Positions 41,730 to 55,472 of a stretch of 64,000 bases of DNA are shown one piece after another. The DNA comes from Eledone cirrhosa (taxonomy: Eukaryota): NCBI GenBank assembly GCA_964016885.1, contig OZ024742.1, positions 80,414,001 through 80,478,000 on the forward strand. Direction: 5' to 3'. Numbering within the stretch: position 1 is the first letter of the stretch; each line of letters starts with the position of its first letter. A program made the position numbers and the translations under genes. A model generated the notes under the pieces. That model was not told the DNA's origin, searched no databases, and was given only the letters and a program-made list of their open reading frames with translations.

Positions 41730-43340
41730 AATTAAGTGGTTTAACTCCTTAAAATCCCCAAAAGCGAAGTTCACACAGTGTGACATTGTCGATTTTTATC
41801 CGTAGATCTCAGAGACCCTGTTAAACAAAGCGTTGGATTTCGCTACCACTTACACGACCGTCGATGGTTTAGACAGGGAAATCATCGCTCACTGCCGGAA
41901 AACCCTCCTCTTCAACGACGGAGTAGCCTAGGCAAAGAAGTCTACAACATCAGACCTATTCGACGTCTTCATGGGATCGTTTGACAATGCTAACGTATGT
42001 GACTTGGTTGGCCTATTTATTCTAGACATATTACGTGTTAGATTCCCGGACTTCCACACGGGAATATACCGCGACGATGGACTGACCTTATCGAGCCATA
42101 AAAGTGGTCACGACCTCGACCGGTTTAAAAAAAGACTTAGCTTCTACCATCAATGAGTTAGGACTTAGGATAACAGTAGCTACCAACCTATTTAGCGTAG
42201 ATTTCTTAGATATTAATTTAGACCTTAGACCACACACCCACATACTCTTCCATAAGCTAAACAAAAATCTCAATTACATTCACAAGGTCTCATGCCACCC
42301 TGCCACTGTTTTTAGAAACTTCGTAAATAATATCAGTACCAGAATCTCAAACCTCTCCTCTAATAAGGCTACCTTTGACAGGACGGCACCATACTATAAC
42401 ACGGCGTTAGCTAACAGCGACTTCTCACAACTTATCACTTACTCTCCCACTATCAATAACAGAAATAAGAAAAGAAAGCGCAACAATAGACAAACTATCT
42501 GGTTCTCTCCTCCCTTCTCACTCAACGTTAAAAGCAATGTAGGCAAAACATTTCTAGCCCTCTTAGATAGACTCTTTCCCATAGGTCATAAATACCGCTC
42601 ATCTTTAACCGATACAAAGTAAAACTATGATACTCCTGCGCTAAGAACATGAAGGCCCACATCACCAGTAGCGCTAGGAGCAACACCCCACCAGGGTGTC
42701 CTTGCCGTAAGCCCGGAGCTTGCCCCCTTCAACAGCAATGCAACACACCAGGTGTTGTCACTCCCAACCGACCAAACCAACCACAGGAGGTCAAATCCTA
42801 TGTGGGTATGGCGGAGCGCCGATTAAAGAACGTTTCCTGAACCACCAGTCGATCCTTAGGTACCCGGACGTCCCTCACGGACTCAAGTATAGACTACTCC
42901 ATTCAATGGAAAGCAATCACTAAGTCCAAACCATACGCATGGGGAAATCCATCGTGTGGACTATGTATTGACGGACGAATACATATTCTAAAGAGATTAT
43001 GCAATAGTGATTGCCTATACACGAGAAATGAATTTTTCACATGTTGTCCACACGTCTCGAAAGACCTATTGCATAACTACAAAGTTCGGCATTGAATTTA
43101 TTGTAACAACATCATAATTTTCTTATCAACTTAAAACTTTTCGGACTTTCGCAGTTATCTCCGTTACACCTCTTGCACGCATTTTAGTATTGCCTGTGTG
43201 AAGTGACCGGTTTCTGCGCATGCGCGTTTGTACGGTTGTCCTTCTTGTTCCGTATAACCATGCCCATTACGAGCTGAGGATCCGCTAAGGTGAAACAATT
43301 GTTTTCGGTATGGTGAACTAACTGTTGTGTAACCATTTCT
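41730..43340 (+). mobile_element. Hydra-like PLE, 5'-truncated and decayed
   Basis: DIVDFYP, MGSFD.A..CDLVG, YRDDGL, FLDI, WFSPPFS, CPCRKPGACPL, YVGM..KERF.NH, CGLC; HHR-like motif at 43270-43307. Confidence 0.88.
43270..43307 (+). ncRNA. Hammerhead-like motif; sister copy at 48373-48410
   Basis: CGAG CUGAGGA UCC-GCUAA-GGU GAAA CAAUUG UU UUCG. Confidence 0.55.
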
Positions 43341-43404
43341 ACCTAACTCGTCCCATGGGCTGAGTGTTCTTCCACTACGGATATTACCTTCCGGTGTTCT
43401 ACTG

Positions 43405-43447
<43 letters not shown>

Positions 43448-44204
43448 ATACTTGGTTTTGTATTTGTTTCGGAAGATTACTTATCTGAAGACGTGTCCTG
43501 TAACTGATAGTGTTATACTTTGGGAGTATCATGCCTCCCTTGCTGTTTTTCACTTCAATTCAAATTTACACAGATCACCAAAAATATGTTGTGTAGGACA
43601 GAACAAACGAGAGGCACACAATTACAAACACTTCACTGGGGAGGTCTGTGTTAGAGAATATATTTGACAATAAACAAGTAAAAAACCATCCGGCTTTTAA
43701 ACTAACCAACAGATATGTCATAATAAATAAATTGAAGTGAAAATCAACAGGTGCATGTGTTTTTATTAGCAGCATGAACCTCCGAAATTATAACAGTATT
43801 ACTGACTGCTCGAAATAGTGACCCTCTCCAGTTTAAACCATCTTGAAATATATAATAACCGAATGAAATCCCCGATCCAGAATATATAGGAACTTACAAG
43901 CTGGGATAATGGAAAATGCCTGCTGCTTCATATAATGTCTGTGGAATTAGTTGTGGGGAGGAATTACTGAAAACATCTATTATTTAACAATTGTATGTCA
44001 ATGATGTAAATCATTAGGATACCAGTGTTTGGTTCCATGACTTTGAGAACATGGCATAAATAAATATATACCATATGATGAATAAAACTCATACGAGTAT
44101 ATTTTCATCTATCCATTGTTGTAGCTATCATTTCGAGACAAGTCGTAAATAAACTCACTTAAGCGTGGGATGATATATTCTGTATTTGAATAGGTTCACC
44201 TTCG

Positions 44205-44258
<54 letters not shown>

Positions 44259-45574
44259 TATATGTACTGTGAATGGATGTGCGTGTGTATGTGTGTGTGT
44301 TTGTGCGTGTAACCACATATGTATATGCAGTATCAGAATCAGTATTGTCAAGCTAAATATAGGAAACGATTTAAGGGTTATTTAATATATAGTTATTCTC
44401 CAAAACGAATATATATCACGAAGTATTAAAGAAAGTTATGATTAAGAGAAGGTTTGACAACCAATCACAACAAGCAGTCGATTGCAGAATATTGTGATAG
44501 GATCTTCTGAAATCTAAAGTCTATATATATTTAAGTTTAGAAAGGCGTTTATGGTTATTCGGTTCAAGTTATTATCTATTTGAAGACATATTCACAAAAA
44601 GTCATACAAAGCATTCTACTATAAATTTCAAACATATTCCTGTGTATTGCATTATAATATTAATTAAAATTAGTTCGATTATATACTATGAATGATAATT
44701 TAACATCTGCTGCAAGAGATCTTAATACACTAAACTTTATATTATACGCCGATAATTTTGTCTGCTGTAATGGTTTTTGTACGCAACATTATTTTTATCT
44801 GATACTATTACCGTAATATATCATCGATCAAATTTTATTGGTAAGCGGCTATATATTCTTACATCAAAAACTGAAGAAATTGTCATTGCTGGTCAAACTG
44901 ATCATCAGTTATTAGTGAGTTTATCATTGTCAACATAATGATTTTATTCACCCTGAAAACTAACTGGTGTTCAAGAGCGAGATAACTTGCCATTTGAATC
45001 TCATGCGTTTGGTTTCCTTTCTGTTTTGTTGCATGTATGTACTTGCATACCTCAGAGAATCAAACCTATCTCTTATTGTTCCACAGGTAATGGGACATGT
45101 TTGGGCATTTTATGTTTCTGAGAGGATTATCTCCTTAAACATCTTACGATGAAATTAGGGGGCAACTGCATTACTCCATTATGTCATCCAATATATTCTG
45201 ATCATACTCTTGTCATACTTAGTTCTCAGATACTTCTGAACCAACATTATTAGGTTTTTAAGTAGTTTTTGAAAAATTAATTGGAGTGCTTTCACTTCCT
45301 ATGTGTTGTGTTCATTCTTCTTTGCTCTGTTTTAACTATTTCCTTAATTCACCTGCATATGGGGCATCTGGAGTGTTTTTCATACAAGCTCATTATGTGA
45401 GCTCTTAGTTTACGAAGAAAAGCAATACAGTTCAGTGTTTAGCTGAATATATTGTTGTTGTATGTATTTGTATAGCATATTCAAACCTACTAGATTAATG
45501 TAGTAGATTTTGGAAAGGAATATCCCATGCTCAATCGCTGATATGTTTCAGTTGTTCACTATTTAGCATCATTT

Positions 45575-46460
45575 TAGCCCGCCGAATTAAATGTATCGTT
45601 AAAACAAAAACGTGTATGATTTAAAAATTGTGGTCCCAATAGTAAAGTTTCTGATTTTACTATGTACGACATAATAAAATGACCCAGATGGTTGACCCAT
45701 ACTACCGTGTTTGATATGAGCTTGGCTGTAAGAACATACTTGTTTTGACATGGTCGATAGAGCCAGTCGTGTGTTATTTCTGTACATACGTGTTTATAAT
45801 CACTGTTACTTTTGCGATGCGCGAATATATCGGACAACGTTACGCAATCAATTGTTGTGTAAAGCTCAATAAATTGCAATTAAAACATTTTTTTAACACA
45901 GGCTTATGGAGATGCCACTCCATCGGGAACGAAGGTTTTCAATTGGTACAAAGCTTCAAAAATGGTCGAGAATCTGTTGAAGACGAAACTCGTTCTGGAA
46001 GGTCAATCTTATCAACAAATATACAAAATGTGCATGCAGAGATGCCGAAAGATCACCGATTAATTGTTAGGAGGATTGCAGAAGATTGTTGATTGGGTAC
46101 TGCACCACGAAAACGCACAGCCTCACACAATACATGCATTTAGAGGATTTCTGGTGAATAAAACCATTCGCAGACTTACACATTCTCGCTACAGCCCAGC
46201 CCAGATCTACCCTGAGTTGAAACCGGTGTTGAAATGTTATTATTTTGGGTTCTTGGGAAACGTACAAAAAATTGTAACCGATAAGCAAAGGACACTCACA
46301 GAGAATGATTTCCAGTACTGCTATGAAAAATGAAAAAAAAAAAAAAAACTGTGTGTGACTTCACAGTTATTGGAGTTTGAAGGAGATAACTTGTAATTTC
46401 ATGCACGTCTAATATACATTTTCATAAAGCATCAGTACGCATTACTTGTGGGACAAAACC
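45575..46460 (+). mobile_element. Decayed mariner transposon with internal deletion
   Basis: QRYAINCCVKL, AYGDA, GRESVEDETRSGR, WVLHHENA.PH, YSP, ENDFQYCYEK. Confidence 0.8.
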
Positions 46461-46669
46461 AAATTTAGGGCAGCATATTAAAACAAAAAAATATATTACC
46501 ACAGAGGTAATATACGCTGGGAAATGATGTGGAAAATTAAATCAATAATCCTTATTTTGTGATTGCAAATTGATTCTAATAAATTGCTTCATCTGTTAGT
46601 CTATCGACAGATTGTGTTCATTGATATTGTTTTCATTGTTTAAAGTAGTTCTCTTCAATACAGAGATCA

Positions 46670-47672
46670 GCATCTTCCTTCGAATCAAATCCCATCTAGC
46701 CGCTGATCTCTGTCCAACGCCGCTTCGACGGTATTTTACCGTTCTAACAGCTTCCATACGCCGAGTATTCCCATTTTCCTGAGATTCCTATACTATCGCG
46801 TTTCTAAACTCTAATTTCTAGTTAAATTCCTTTATACCTTCAAAAGTTACAGTAGTCTTCTAACTCGGGCTGATATCATGCTTGAGGTGAGTTGTCTTTT
46901 CTCCTCTCTTCCTCTATCAACTATGCATTCATTCCTTCTTTCTCGCCATGCTCTCTCACTGCTCCTTACCCCTCTCCCTACATCTGTTACCTTCTTTCTC
47001 CCCTTCTCTCCGTTCTACAGGGTGGCTCTACTGATGCCAACATTCTTCCTTTCTCGTGATGACTTGGGGTCGATCAGACGCACTTCAGCTTTCCCACTCT
47101 GTCTAACCTGACCTAACACAAACATTATGTGAATGAAAATATTTGTTTCTCCATTTTGAGCCTCCTATCCACCGCAGTAGTCTCATTATTTCGTCGAAAC
47201 TGTTGGAGGCTTGAAATCTGACGAGCGTATAATAATTGTTTCTACTTTTGGCACAAGGCCAGCAATTATCCTATTGCATTACTGGTACTTTATTTCATCG
47301 TCCCCGTATGGATGAAAGGCAAAGTTACCCTCAGCGGGATTTGAACTCAGAATTGCAAGGGCCGTAACTCTATGCGTAAAAGCATGGTGTCCGACCCTCT
47401 ACCGATCCTGCCAATCCACCTCGTTTTGACGAGCGTATAATAATGTACGTGATCTGTTCGCTATCATTCATTCTTTTCCTCCTTCCTATCTTCTTTTCCT
47501 TCCTTCGAATCAATTCACATCTAGCCACTGATCTCTCTGTCCTTCAAGATAATATTTCACTCAACGCCGCTTCGACGGTATTTTGCTGTTCTCTCAGCCT
47601 CCATACGCCGAGTTTTCCCATTTTATCGAGATTGCTATACGCTCACGTTTCAAAACTCTACTTTCGGGTTAA
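46670..47672. repeat. Diverged ~170-bp direct repeats (46670-46830, 47498-47672)
   Basis: Shared CTTCGAATCAA..CATCTAGCC..CAACGCCGCTTCGACGGTATTTT..CCATACGCCGAG. Confidence 0.7.
47237..47426 (-). mobile_element. tRNA-derived SINE with 18-bp TSD
   Basis: TGACGAGCGTATAATAAT at 47219-47236 and 47427-47444. Confidence 0.9.
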
Positions 47673-47711
47673 ATGTGTTTATACACCCCCACCCCCCACC
47701 CCCATGCACAC

Positions 47712-47748
<37 letters not shown>

Positions 47749-47792
47749 TATCGTTTCTGTATTTGTTTGGCAACATAACCCTCCCAAAGTAT

Positions 47793-47865
<73 letters not shown>

Positions 47866-47868
<3 letters not shown>

Positions 47869-48440
47869 GCATGGTGGAGGGCCGATTTAAGGAACGTTTC
47901 CTGAACCCTAAGTCAACCTTTATGTACCCGGACAGACGCTCATCCACGAAACTCGCGAGTCACGTATGGTCCCTGAAGGTCTCAAGTATAGACTACTCCA
48001 TTCCATGGAAAGCCATCACTAAGTCCAAGCCATACGCAAGGGGAAATCCGTCGTGTGGATTGTGAATTGACGAACGAATAAACATTGTAAAGAGATTATG
48101 CAATAGTGATTGTCAAAATACGAGGAATGAATTTTTCACACGTTGTCCACACGTCGCGAAACACCTATTGCATAATTACAAGGCTCCGGATTGAAAGAAT
48201 TATTGTAACAACATCAATAATGTTCTTATCAACTAAACACGTTTCGGACTTTCGCAGTTATCTCCCTTACACCTCTCGCACGCATTTTAGTATTGCCTGC
48301 GTGAAGTGACGGGTTTCTGCGCATGCGTGTTCGTACGGTTGTCCTTCCTGTTCCATATAACCATGCCCATTACGAACTGAGAATCCACTAAGGTGAAACA
48401 ATTGTTCTCGATATGGTGAACTAACTGTTGTGTAACCACT
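47866..48440 (+). mobile_element. Short 3' copy of the 41730-43340 PLE family, inserted in (TA)n
   Basis: [29 protein letters not shown]; 3' UTR is colinear with 42810-43340. Confidence 0.88.
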
Positions 48441-48535
48441 TATATATATATATATATATATATACATAACGAAGGAAATGTGGTAAGGAACCAGATGGAG
48501 CATAACGCACCATAGTACTCAATACTTAGGGTAGT

Positions 48536-48782
48536 ATTTCAAAAACAAATATCATCATGCAATAACATTTGTGTTTTCATCAGATAAAATATGAGGACAT
48601 GATATGAAGGTTAAAAACACTTGTGGATTGTGCAGTTTAAATCAACATATGATATGTAGATTTAAAACTGCACTATCCACAAGTGTTTTTACCCTTCGTA
48701 TCATGTCCTCATATTTTATCTGATGAAAACACAAATGTTATTGCATGATGATATTTGTTTTTGAAATGCGCATAATAAAATA
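48536..48782 (+). ncRNA. Fold-back element whose right arm holds a canonical HHR (48712-48782)
   Basis: Arms 48536-48643 and 48659-48767; UAUUUUAU CUGAUGA stem II GAAA UGCGCA UA AUAAAAUA (8-bp helix I). Confidence 0.78.
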
Positions 48783-48903
48783 CATGGAACTCATTTAACC
48801 ATCTTTTGATCTTATATATTATGTATACTCCAGTCCTACAAACTGTAGAGTGCTTCTTATCCGATATCTGCATTGATTTATGGTACTACAATAAAACTCA
48901 CCT

Positions 48904-48985
<82 letters not shown>

Positions 48986-49620
48986 TGTGTGTGTGTGTGT
49001 GTGTTGCGGGTTGTGTGATAAATGAATAATTTATAAAATCTAATAATGTGCAAATTCTATATCAAATTTTCAGGTTTCATCAATGAGTTGATCATATTGT
49101 CATGAGCAATACATACTTCAAGATTGATCTCTCCATCTAAAACTAGATTTAATAACTGCAAGAAGGACCAAATGCATCAGCCCTACTAGCAATTATTTAC
49201 ATGGGCAACCCAAAGCGTAGCCGCTTGCACTCATCATTTGTCCACACTCTCAAACAGCAACATGAGACTACAAGAAACAAAAGATTAAAGCAATGATATT
49301 GATTTCCCTTCCTCTCTCCTTTATTGTTTAAACCAAAGCAAGAAAGAATTTTTGTGTGCTCATAGGCAAACATTTTCTTAAAGGGTAAACCACGTCTCCA
49401 GATCCCTAGGTATGTTGTTTTCATATATCATTTCAAGGAATAGATTCGTCCCGTTTTGACACATACACGCATAAACATTAAAATTATTACCGCTTTTTTT
49501 GGGAACACTTCGAAAAAGGAGAATTGTCAAGCAAAGAGTGTATATTAAATCCTCACACTTAAACATGTGCAATGTAAATACACACCCACACACACACACA
49601 CACACACACACATATCTATT

Positions 49621-49688
<68 letters not shown>

Positions 49689-49910
49689 CTATTTGTCCCT
49701 GATACCTAATCATCTCAATGAATGGATGAAATATATATATAAAATACCAAACGCAGTGAAGTATTTTAACATATGCTTACGGCAAAATTACAATTTAGGT
49801 GAGCATAAGTCAATCGAAAAGAATAAGTTCTGTCAATATTGGTTTTTCCAATCATTTGAAATAATTAATACTGTTTCTTGTTCTAAAACCATAGTAGACA
49901 GAACAGACAG

Positions 49911-49987
<77 letters not shown>

Positions 49988-50140
49988 CAAGATGTATGGT
50001 AGGTCGTATGTGAATCGCGATGATCACGTCTGACCTACCAAATATGTGACGGTAGCTAGTTAAGCTCTATGCGTATAAGCAGAGCAGAAATATTAATGAA
50101 AAAGAACAAAGGAACTATTATGACATTATAACAAGTTTAT

Positions 50141-50187
50141 TTCCGACAGCCGTTTCGTCCGACCATATGACGAGACTTTTCAAGGCA
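50141..50187 (-). ncRNA. Hammerhead motif, U3-A8 core (3' pLTR)
   Basis: CC UUGAAAA GUC..GAC GAAA CGGCUG UC GG. Confidence 0.68.
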
Positions 50188-51082
50188 TGTAACATGTGAT
50201 TGTAAGTTCATTATTTACATCAACGTATCACTCAAGTCTAGCAGTTTGAAATTGTGGTATACATCAGCAGCTCCGCTTGTATATTTGGGGTCTATATTCT
50301 AAGGTGGCTCTTTTATACTAGTTGTCGGAGTCAGGGATTGAAGGTTAAAAATTAGATAATTTATAATTTACGCATTAAAAGACTTGGGATCTCGTAGAAG
50401 CACCTTAAAAAATCCCTCAATAAGTGCATAAAGCTTATAAGTCCCAATAAACTTAACAAACTAGAAGAGATTAAGAGACTAATAAAATAAAAAAAATAAA
50501 AAATAAAAATATAAAGTTTCCTAAGAAATTCCTTCGTGAGAAAAAAAATTTTTTAGAAAGAAAAAAACTTTCTTCCCCAGAGATCACGTTAAAAAATTTC
50601 AGAAAGTTTACGAAGTTTTGATAATCCCTACTAAATTGAAGGAAACTAATCATTTAAAAGTTAATTCAAAAAGCCTTCAATAAATCTCTCAGAAAAGGCC
50701 CCTTTAATATTTTCAATAGGAAATACCTCCAAGAGACCCTTCGAAGAATTAAAATTTTAGAGAGCCTTTAAGGATATATATAAACGCATTGAGGAAAATT
50801 ATAAATTAAAAGTTAAAAATTATGGTATTTGGGATATCCGAGGAATTTTCAAAGGGCTGCTTCAACAGATACAACTTAGGTATAATAGATAAAATAATTT
50901 AAGTAATTTAAGTAATTTAATTAGGGAGCAATTCAAAGAGCTTATCAAGTTGGGCAAGATAAAGAAAATGATAAGTAAGAAAATACATAAGCAAAAAGAC
51001 AAATGTATTTTTAAGAAGGTATAATGTAGCTTCAGTAATTTAATAATGTACTATCAAAAAATTATTATAACATTATTGATAC

Positions 51083-51335
51083 AGGATTAACCAAGACATA
51101 ATAATATATTCCTGGCTAACTAACAAATAATCAATAAACAATTAACAGTCAAGCAAAATTAGCTCAGGGATATCCCGCGCTCGGATACTTTACACACATA
51201 CAGCAACACATAGGATTAACAAAGACATAATGGTAAATTCCTGCCTAATTAACAAACAATCAATTAACAATTGATAGTCAAGAAAATGTACTCAGGGATA
51301 TCCCACGCACGGATACTTTACACATATACAGCAGG
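51083..51335. repeat. ~128-bp tandem duplication inside the pLTR (mirrored at ~56670-56925)
   Basis: AGGATTAAC..AGACATAAT..CTCAGGGATATCCC..GGATACTTTACACA..ACAGCA occurs twice. Confidence 0.8.
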
Positions 51336-52650
51336 ATGGACAATACAGGTGACGTTGTAGGCGCGATATCCATTATGCGTATGTAGTCATCTGCATAGCT
51401 CCAGGCAGAGTTGGTCTTGTTTAAAAGTTCAGAGTTCACGAATCAACTGGGATTCACTATCTGCTGCGCGGACTCTCTGGGAAATGTACCTGTGGATCAA
51501 ATAGCTAGTGGTTGCTGGGTGTGGTCCGTTCGATCTTTTAGTTTTGGGGATTGCACGCGTTTGCGATAGATCAGCCTGCCGGTTCTAAATCCAAGGTCTC
51601 GCTGCATAGGATGTATTGGTTTACATGCTATATTGGTAAAAAAAACAGTGTGGATTTGACTGTGGTGGTATATTACGAACTCCAAGCACACACGCGACTG
51701 GTCAAATGCGAAGGGCTGTCCCCTCTTTGTTTGTTGTATGGGTCGGTTCCAGCTTAGATGGTGGTCGTGTTATCCATATTCCGTCAGCCCTGCATATTCA
51801 AGGCAGATCAGGGTATATATTTGCGGGTATGGTCCGGCGTCTACGCTATCCAAAGGGTCTCTCTTGTGGTATTTTCAAGTTCGCATGTCATCTCCCGGTT
51901 AAGACTGCGCATGCTTCGGTGAATCTCATGCATGGAATCTTGGGGTATCATATTACACGGGGTGACTAGCAGAAAATATATATTCCATGCTATCGCGCAC
52001 GCGCTGGCCTGTGGCTACGGCCGTGTCCAGTCTCGGGTAGTAGCAGACAGCAGGTAGACCAGCTAGACACACCCCTGCTCAAGGGGCACAACCCCTAACT
52101 TATCGAGTGGTCAGACATCAAGGGTGTCAACTCTCCAAGCCCATTAAGTCAACCGTGGTAATATACAAAAAATCCCTATCAATAAAGAACTAACTCAAAA
52201 AGAACCACTAATAATAAAGAACTAACTCAAAAGAAGTGAGTGGGGGAGAATGGGGAGGGGCATCTATTTGGGCGGTGGTTTATTAGGGGAGGGGTGGGGG
52301 TTGATTGGTTATAGGCAGGGAGCGGCCGCCATATTGGGTGTTATGTTACTGTTTCCTTGGGCAAGTTCCCGAATTTGTTGACATACATCTCCGACGGCAC
52401 TTCCCCAGATTAGTCAACGTCGGTCCAGGCACTCACAATGTCCCACACCGCAGGCATCAGCTGCCCCCAGGGTGCCCAGCAACAATGCTGCCACCAATCC
52501 CAAGTTGGCAAGTGGGACACAGGGTCGAATGTTCCTCACCAGAGTCCCCATCGGCAATCGGGGAGCCGAGTCATCAATGCGGCCGGGGTTACTAAAGAGC
52601 ACCCTATTCGCCAGCGGGGCAGCCATGTGCGGGATAGGGCGGTGTCAGGG

Positions 52651-55265
52651 CTATGTGTCTGGTCTGAAGAAAAAGAAAGAGCTAAGTATAGTATGGGGGC
52701 AGGACGAGAATATTTCTGATCTCCTGTTGAGCAAGTTGAGTCCTGAGAATACTATGGCATGAGATTCAGTTAGGCACAGGCTACAAAACCTGCTCAACGA
52801 GCTATATGGAGGAGCTTTAGTAAGGCATCTCCAGCTTAGTGTGTATGGGTTTTTTGTTTGTTTTAATTTATGTATGTGCCCCGCTAACGACGTGGGATTT
52901 CTAAGCTTCTCAAATCGGAAGCTATGCTGGTGGGCGTTGAATCTTGTCTTGAACTGGTTAGCGGCTGATCCCACATACGTCTTAGTATACGTGTATGTGG
53001 TTACGTTACAAGCATATACTACGTTCCTAATAAGGCAGTGTCCAGCTAGTGGGCATTTGTCCTTCCGTCTGCAATTACACTTTCTAATAGGGTCATGCTT
53101 CTCAATCAGGGGTGCATGTCCCTCCAAGCGGCCGCGGGGCTGCCTAGTGGTACCGGTTCTATTGCCTGTTATCCCCCTGGGTCTTTCACTCAGTGGGTTG
53201 GTCCCGTGTTGTCGTGTGTACTGGCGTGGTTCACTATTTCGGATGGCCTTAAGTCCCTCTTTAATCTTACTCTTATTGGTCTTAGCTAGGTGTGAGGCCA
53301 GATTAGGGGTTGTTGAGTACGATAGTTTGATAGTATTCTTATTGATGACACTACCGTATGTACTACCTGGGGGGAAGTTCCTATCTATTAAAGAGAAAAA
53401 AGATTTGGAGAGGTCTGTAGTAACATTAGAGTTGAAGGGCGGGTTAAAGAAGGTACTATCATGTCTTCTATTCCTTCCACTGCGTTTCTTATCCCCTATG
53501 CTGCTTACCCTCCCTTCATCTATATTATCACGGGTTCTACCTGGTGTGGTTGCTGGGCTCCCAGTGGTATGTGTGTTGGTCTCGAGTCTCCTAGGCCTCT
53601 GGCCCCGGTTTTCACTGTTGGACTTGCTTGGGGCGGCGTAGCGCTTTCCAGGCGCGTGGGCCCTATCCGTGTCTGCATTGCGAGTGTTGTTGTTCTTAGC
53701 TAAATTCCTATTGTCCCTATTCGTCTTTCTAGCTCTCCCTCCATCTCCCATGGACATATTATGCGTGATTACAGTGCAGGGTTGGGTGTGGTGGGGTGGT
53801 GCCACCTGTCTCAACATAATGGAGTTTATCTTTGTGCCCTGACCCAGCTATCGCCTTATCGTAATACTCCGCGTTCGCTTCAAATGCGGTCACGCTGCTA
53901 GATAGTCCGCTAATCCTACTAGATACTCCCTTAACTATTGCTTTGAGGACTGAGCCTGGGTGGTTGGAGTTGGCATTGACATATGTCAGCCTCTCGTTAG
54001 GTTTATGGTACGGTGCATATTCTAACTTATCTAGGTCTAGTGTGGCATCTAGAAAGTTGACTACTTTACTATTTCTATCCATAGTTATTGATAGGTTAAA
54101 GTTCTTGAAGAATTTATATAGGTCCTTTCTAGTTCTTTCTGGTTGTGTCGTTTAAAGTCCACATTAAGCAATGCGTCGTCACGGTATGGCCCACCTCTGA
54201 GGTGCGGGAACTGCTCGTTGAGCTCCTTGAGCAAGTACAATCCGACGAGGTCTGTCACCTGTGCTGAGTCGCTAGACCACATAGTGATGTCGAAGTTGTT
54301 ACGAGTGTTCTTGCGCGTCCACAATTCATCCTCAAATGTGATAATTGTTTTACGAGCGGCAAGGACTATGTCAATCTGGGATCTAGTGAGCCCGCCCGTC
54401 CGCATTGCCATCATGAACGCCTTATTCAGTAGTATGGGGGATATAGACGTATAGTAGGAGTCTATATCGAACTGAATGAAGCGTAGTGATTTGTGGTTGC
54501 TAATGCTTGAGAACCACCTTATCACCTCTGCAGTGTTTCCCCATAGCTCCAGGCTAATCCTGTCCTTAACTTTCGGTATGACTTCATCTAGTATTCTTTT
54601 ACTTATAATCCCTATGTCAGATTTAGAGGGGCTAATGAGCCTGACAGAGGGGCTACTTGCAAAGTCCTCCTTATGATCTTTCAATGTGAACCTTGGTTGT
54701 CGGGGGTGTAAGGTTGTGTGCATTTCTCTAATCCTAGCTTCGTTACTATCACTTTAGCCTCCCTGTTAATCTCATTTAGGTTGGCTACAGTGGTTTTTTA
54801 ATAGTTTTTATGTAGCTCATTGTATATGAATCCGCGGTATTCTTCATAACTCAGGTTGTACATGTTCTTAGTCTTGTCCGAGAGTACGAGTATATAATGT
54901 CTGTCCTTAAAAGATTTAACTAGTGATTCTAACTTAGTTTGGAAGCCGCTACGCTTACCGTTTTTCCTTTTATACCTAATAGACCGGACGAGAGACAATA
55001 GGTCACTCTCCAATTTATCGAGTAGAGGGTTATGGGGCGGGCTCCTAAATGTCCTAAATCCATACTTATTATTCGATAGACTCTCTAGTGGGGCGCTACC
55101 TCGCATATCGAAGTGGAATGTGCGCCATCTTATTCTCCTTACAAACGAGTTAACGCTGGCTAGAAGCTGCTTTTCATAAGTACCCCTTGGTGGTATGGGT
55201 ATATTCTTAAGTGATAACGGCAGATGGTCCTTTGTCAGCATACTGTCAGTGTATTGAAAAGCCAC
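52651..55265 (-). pseudogene. PLE RT-GIY-YIG ORF, frameshifted
   Basis: SLKNIPIP, RRIRWR, SDKT.N.Y, TLKDHK..F...P.VRLI.P.KSD.G, FDIDSYY, YRDD, NFLD, FNPPF, CNCRRKDKCPL, VVY..YVG..FK.R..H, CSLCLTE. Confidence 0.92.
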
Positions 55266-55425
55266 CCCAGGGCGGTGTGTTTTTCAGTGAAGGTTAAGCA
55301 AGATGTATGGTAGGTCGTATGTGAATCGCGATGATCACGCCTGACCTACCAAATATGTGACGGTAGCTAGTTAAGCTCTATGCGTATAAGAACAATGAAC
55401 TATTATGACATTATAACAAGTTTAT

Positions 55426-55472
55426 TGCCGACAGCCGTTTCGTCCGACCATATGATGGGATTTTTCAAGGCA
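55426..55472 (-). ncRNA. Hammerhead motif, U3-A8 core (upstream pLTR)
   Basis: UGCC UUGAAAA AUCC..GGAC GAAA CGGCUG UC GGCA. Confidence 0.68.

Noticed and set aside
49073-49424. Possible exon, or transposase-like peptide CLRVW...LRFGLPM
   Set aside because: No continuing motif and stops in the plus-strand frames
52841-53641. 266-aa plus-strand ORF
   Set aside because: Antisense to the PLE endonuclease region; no independent motifs
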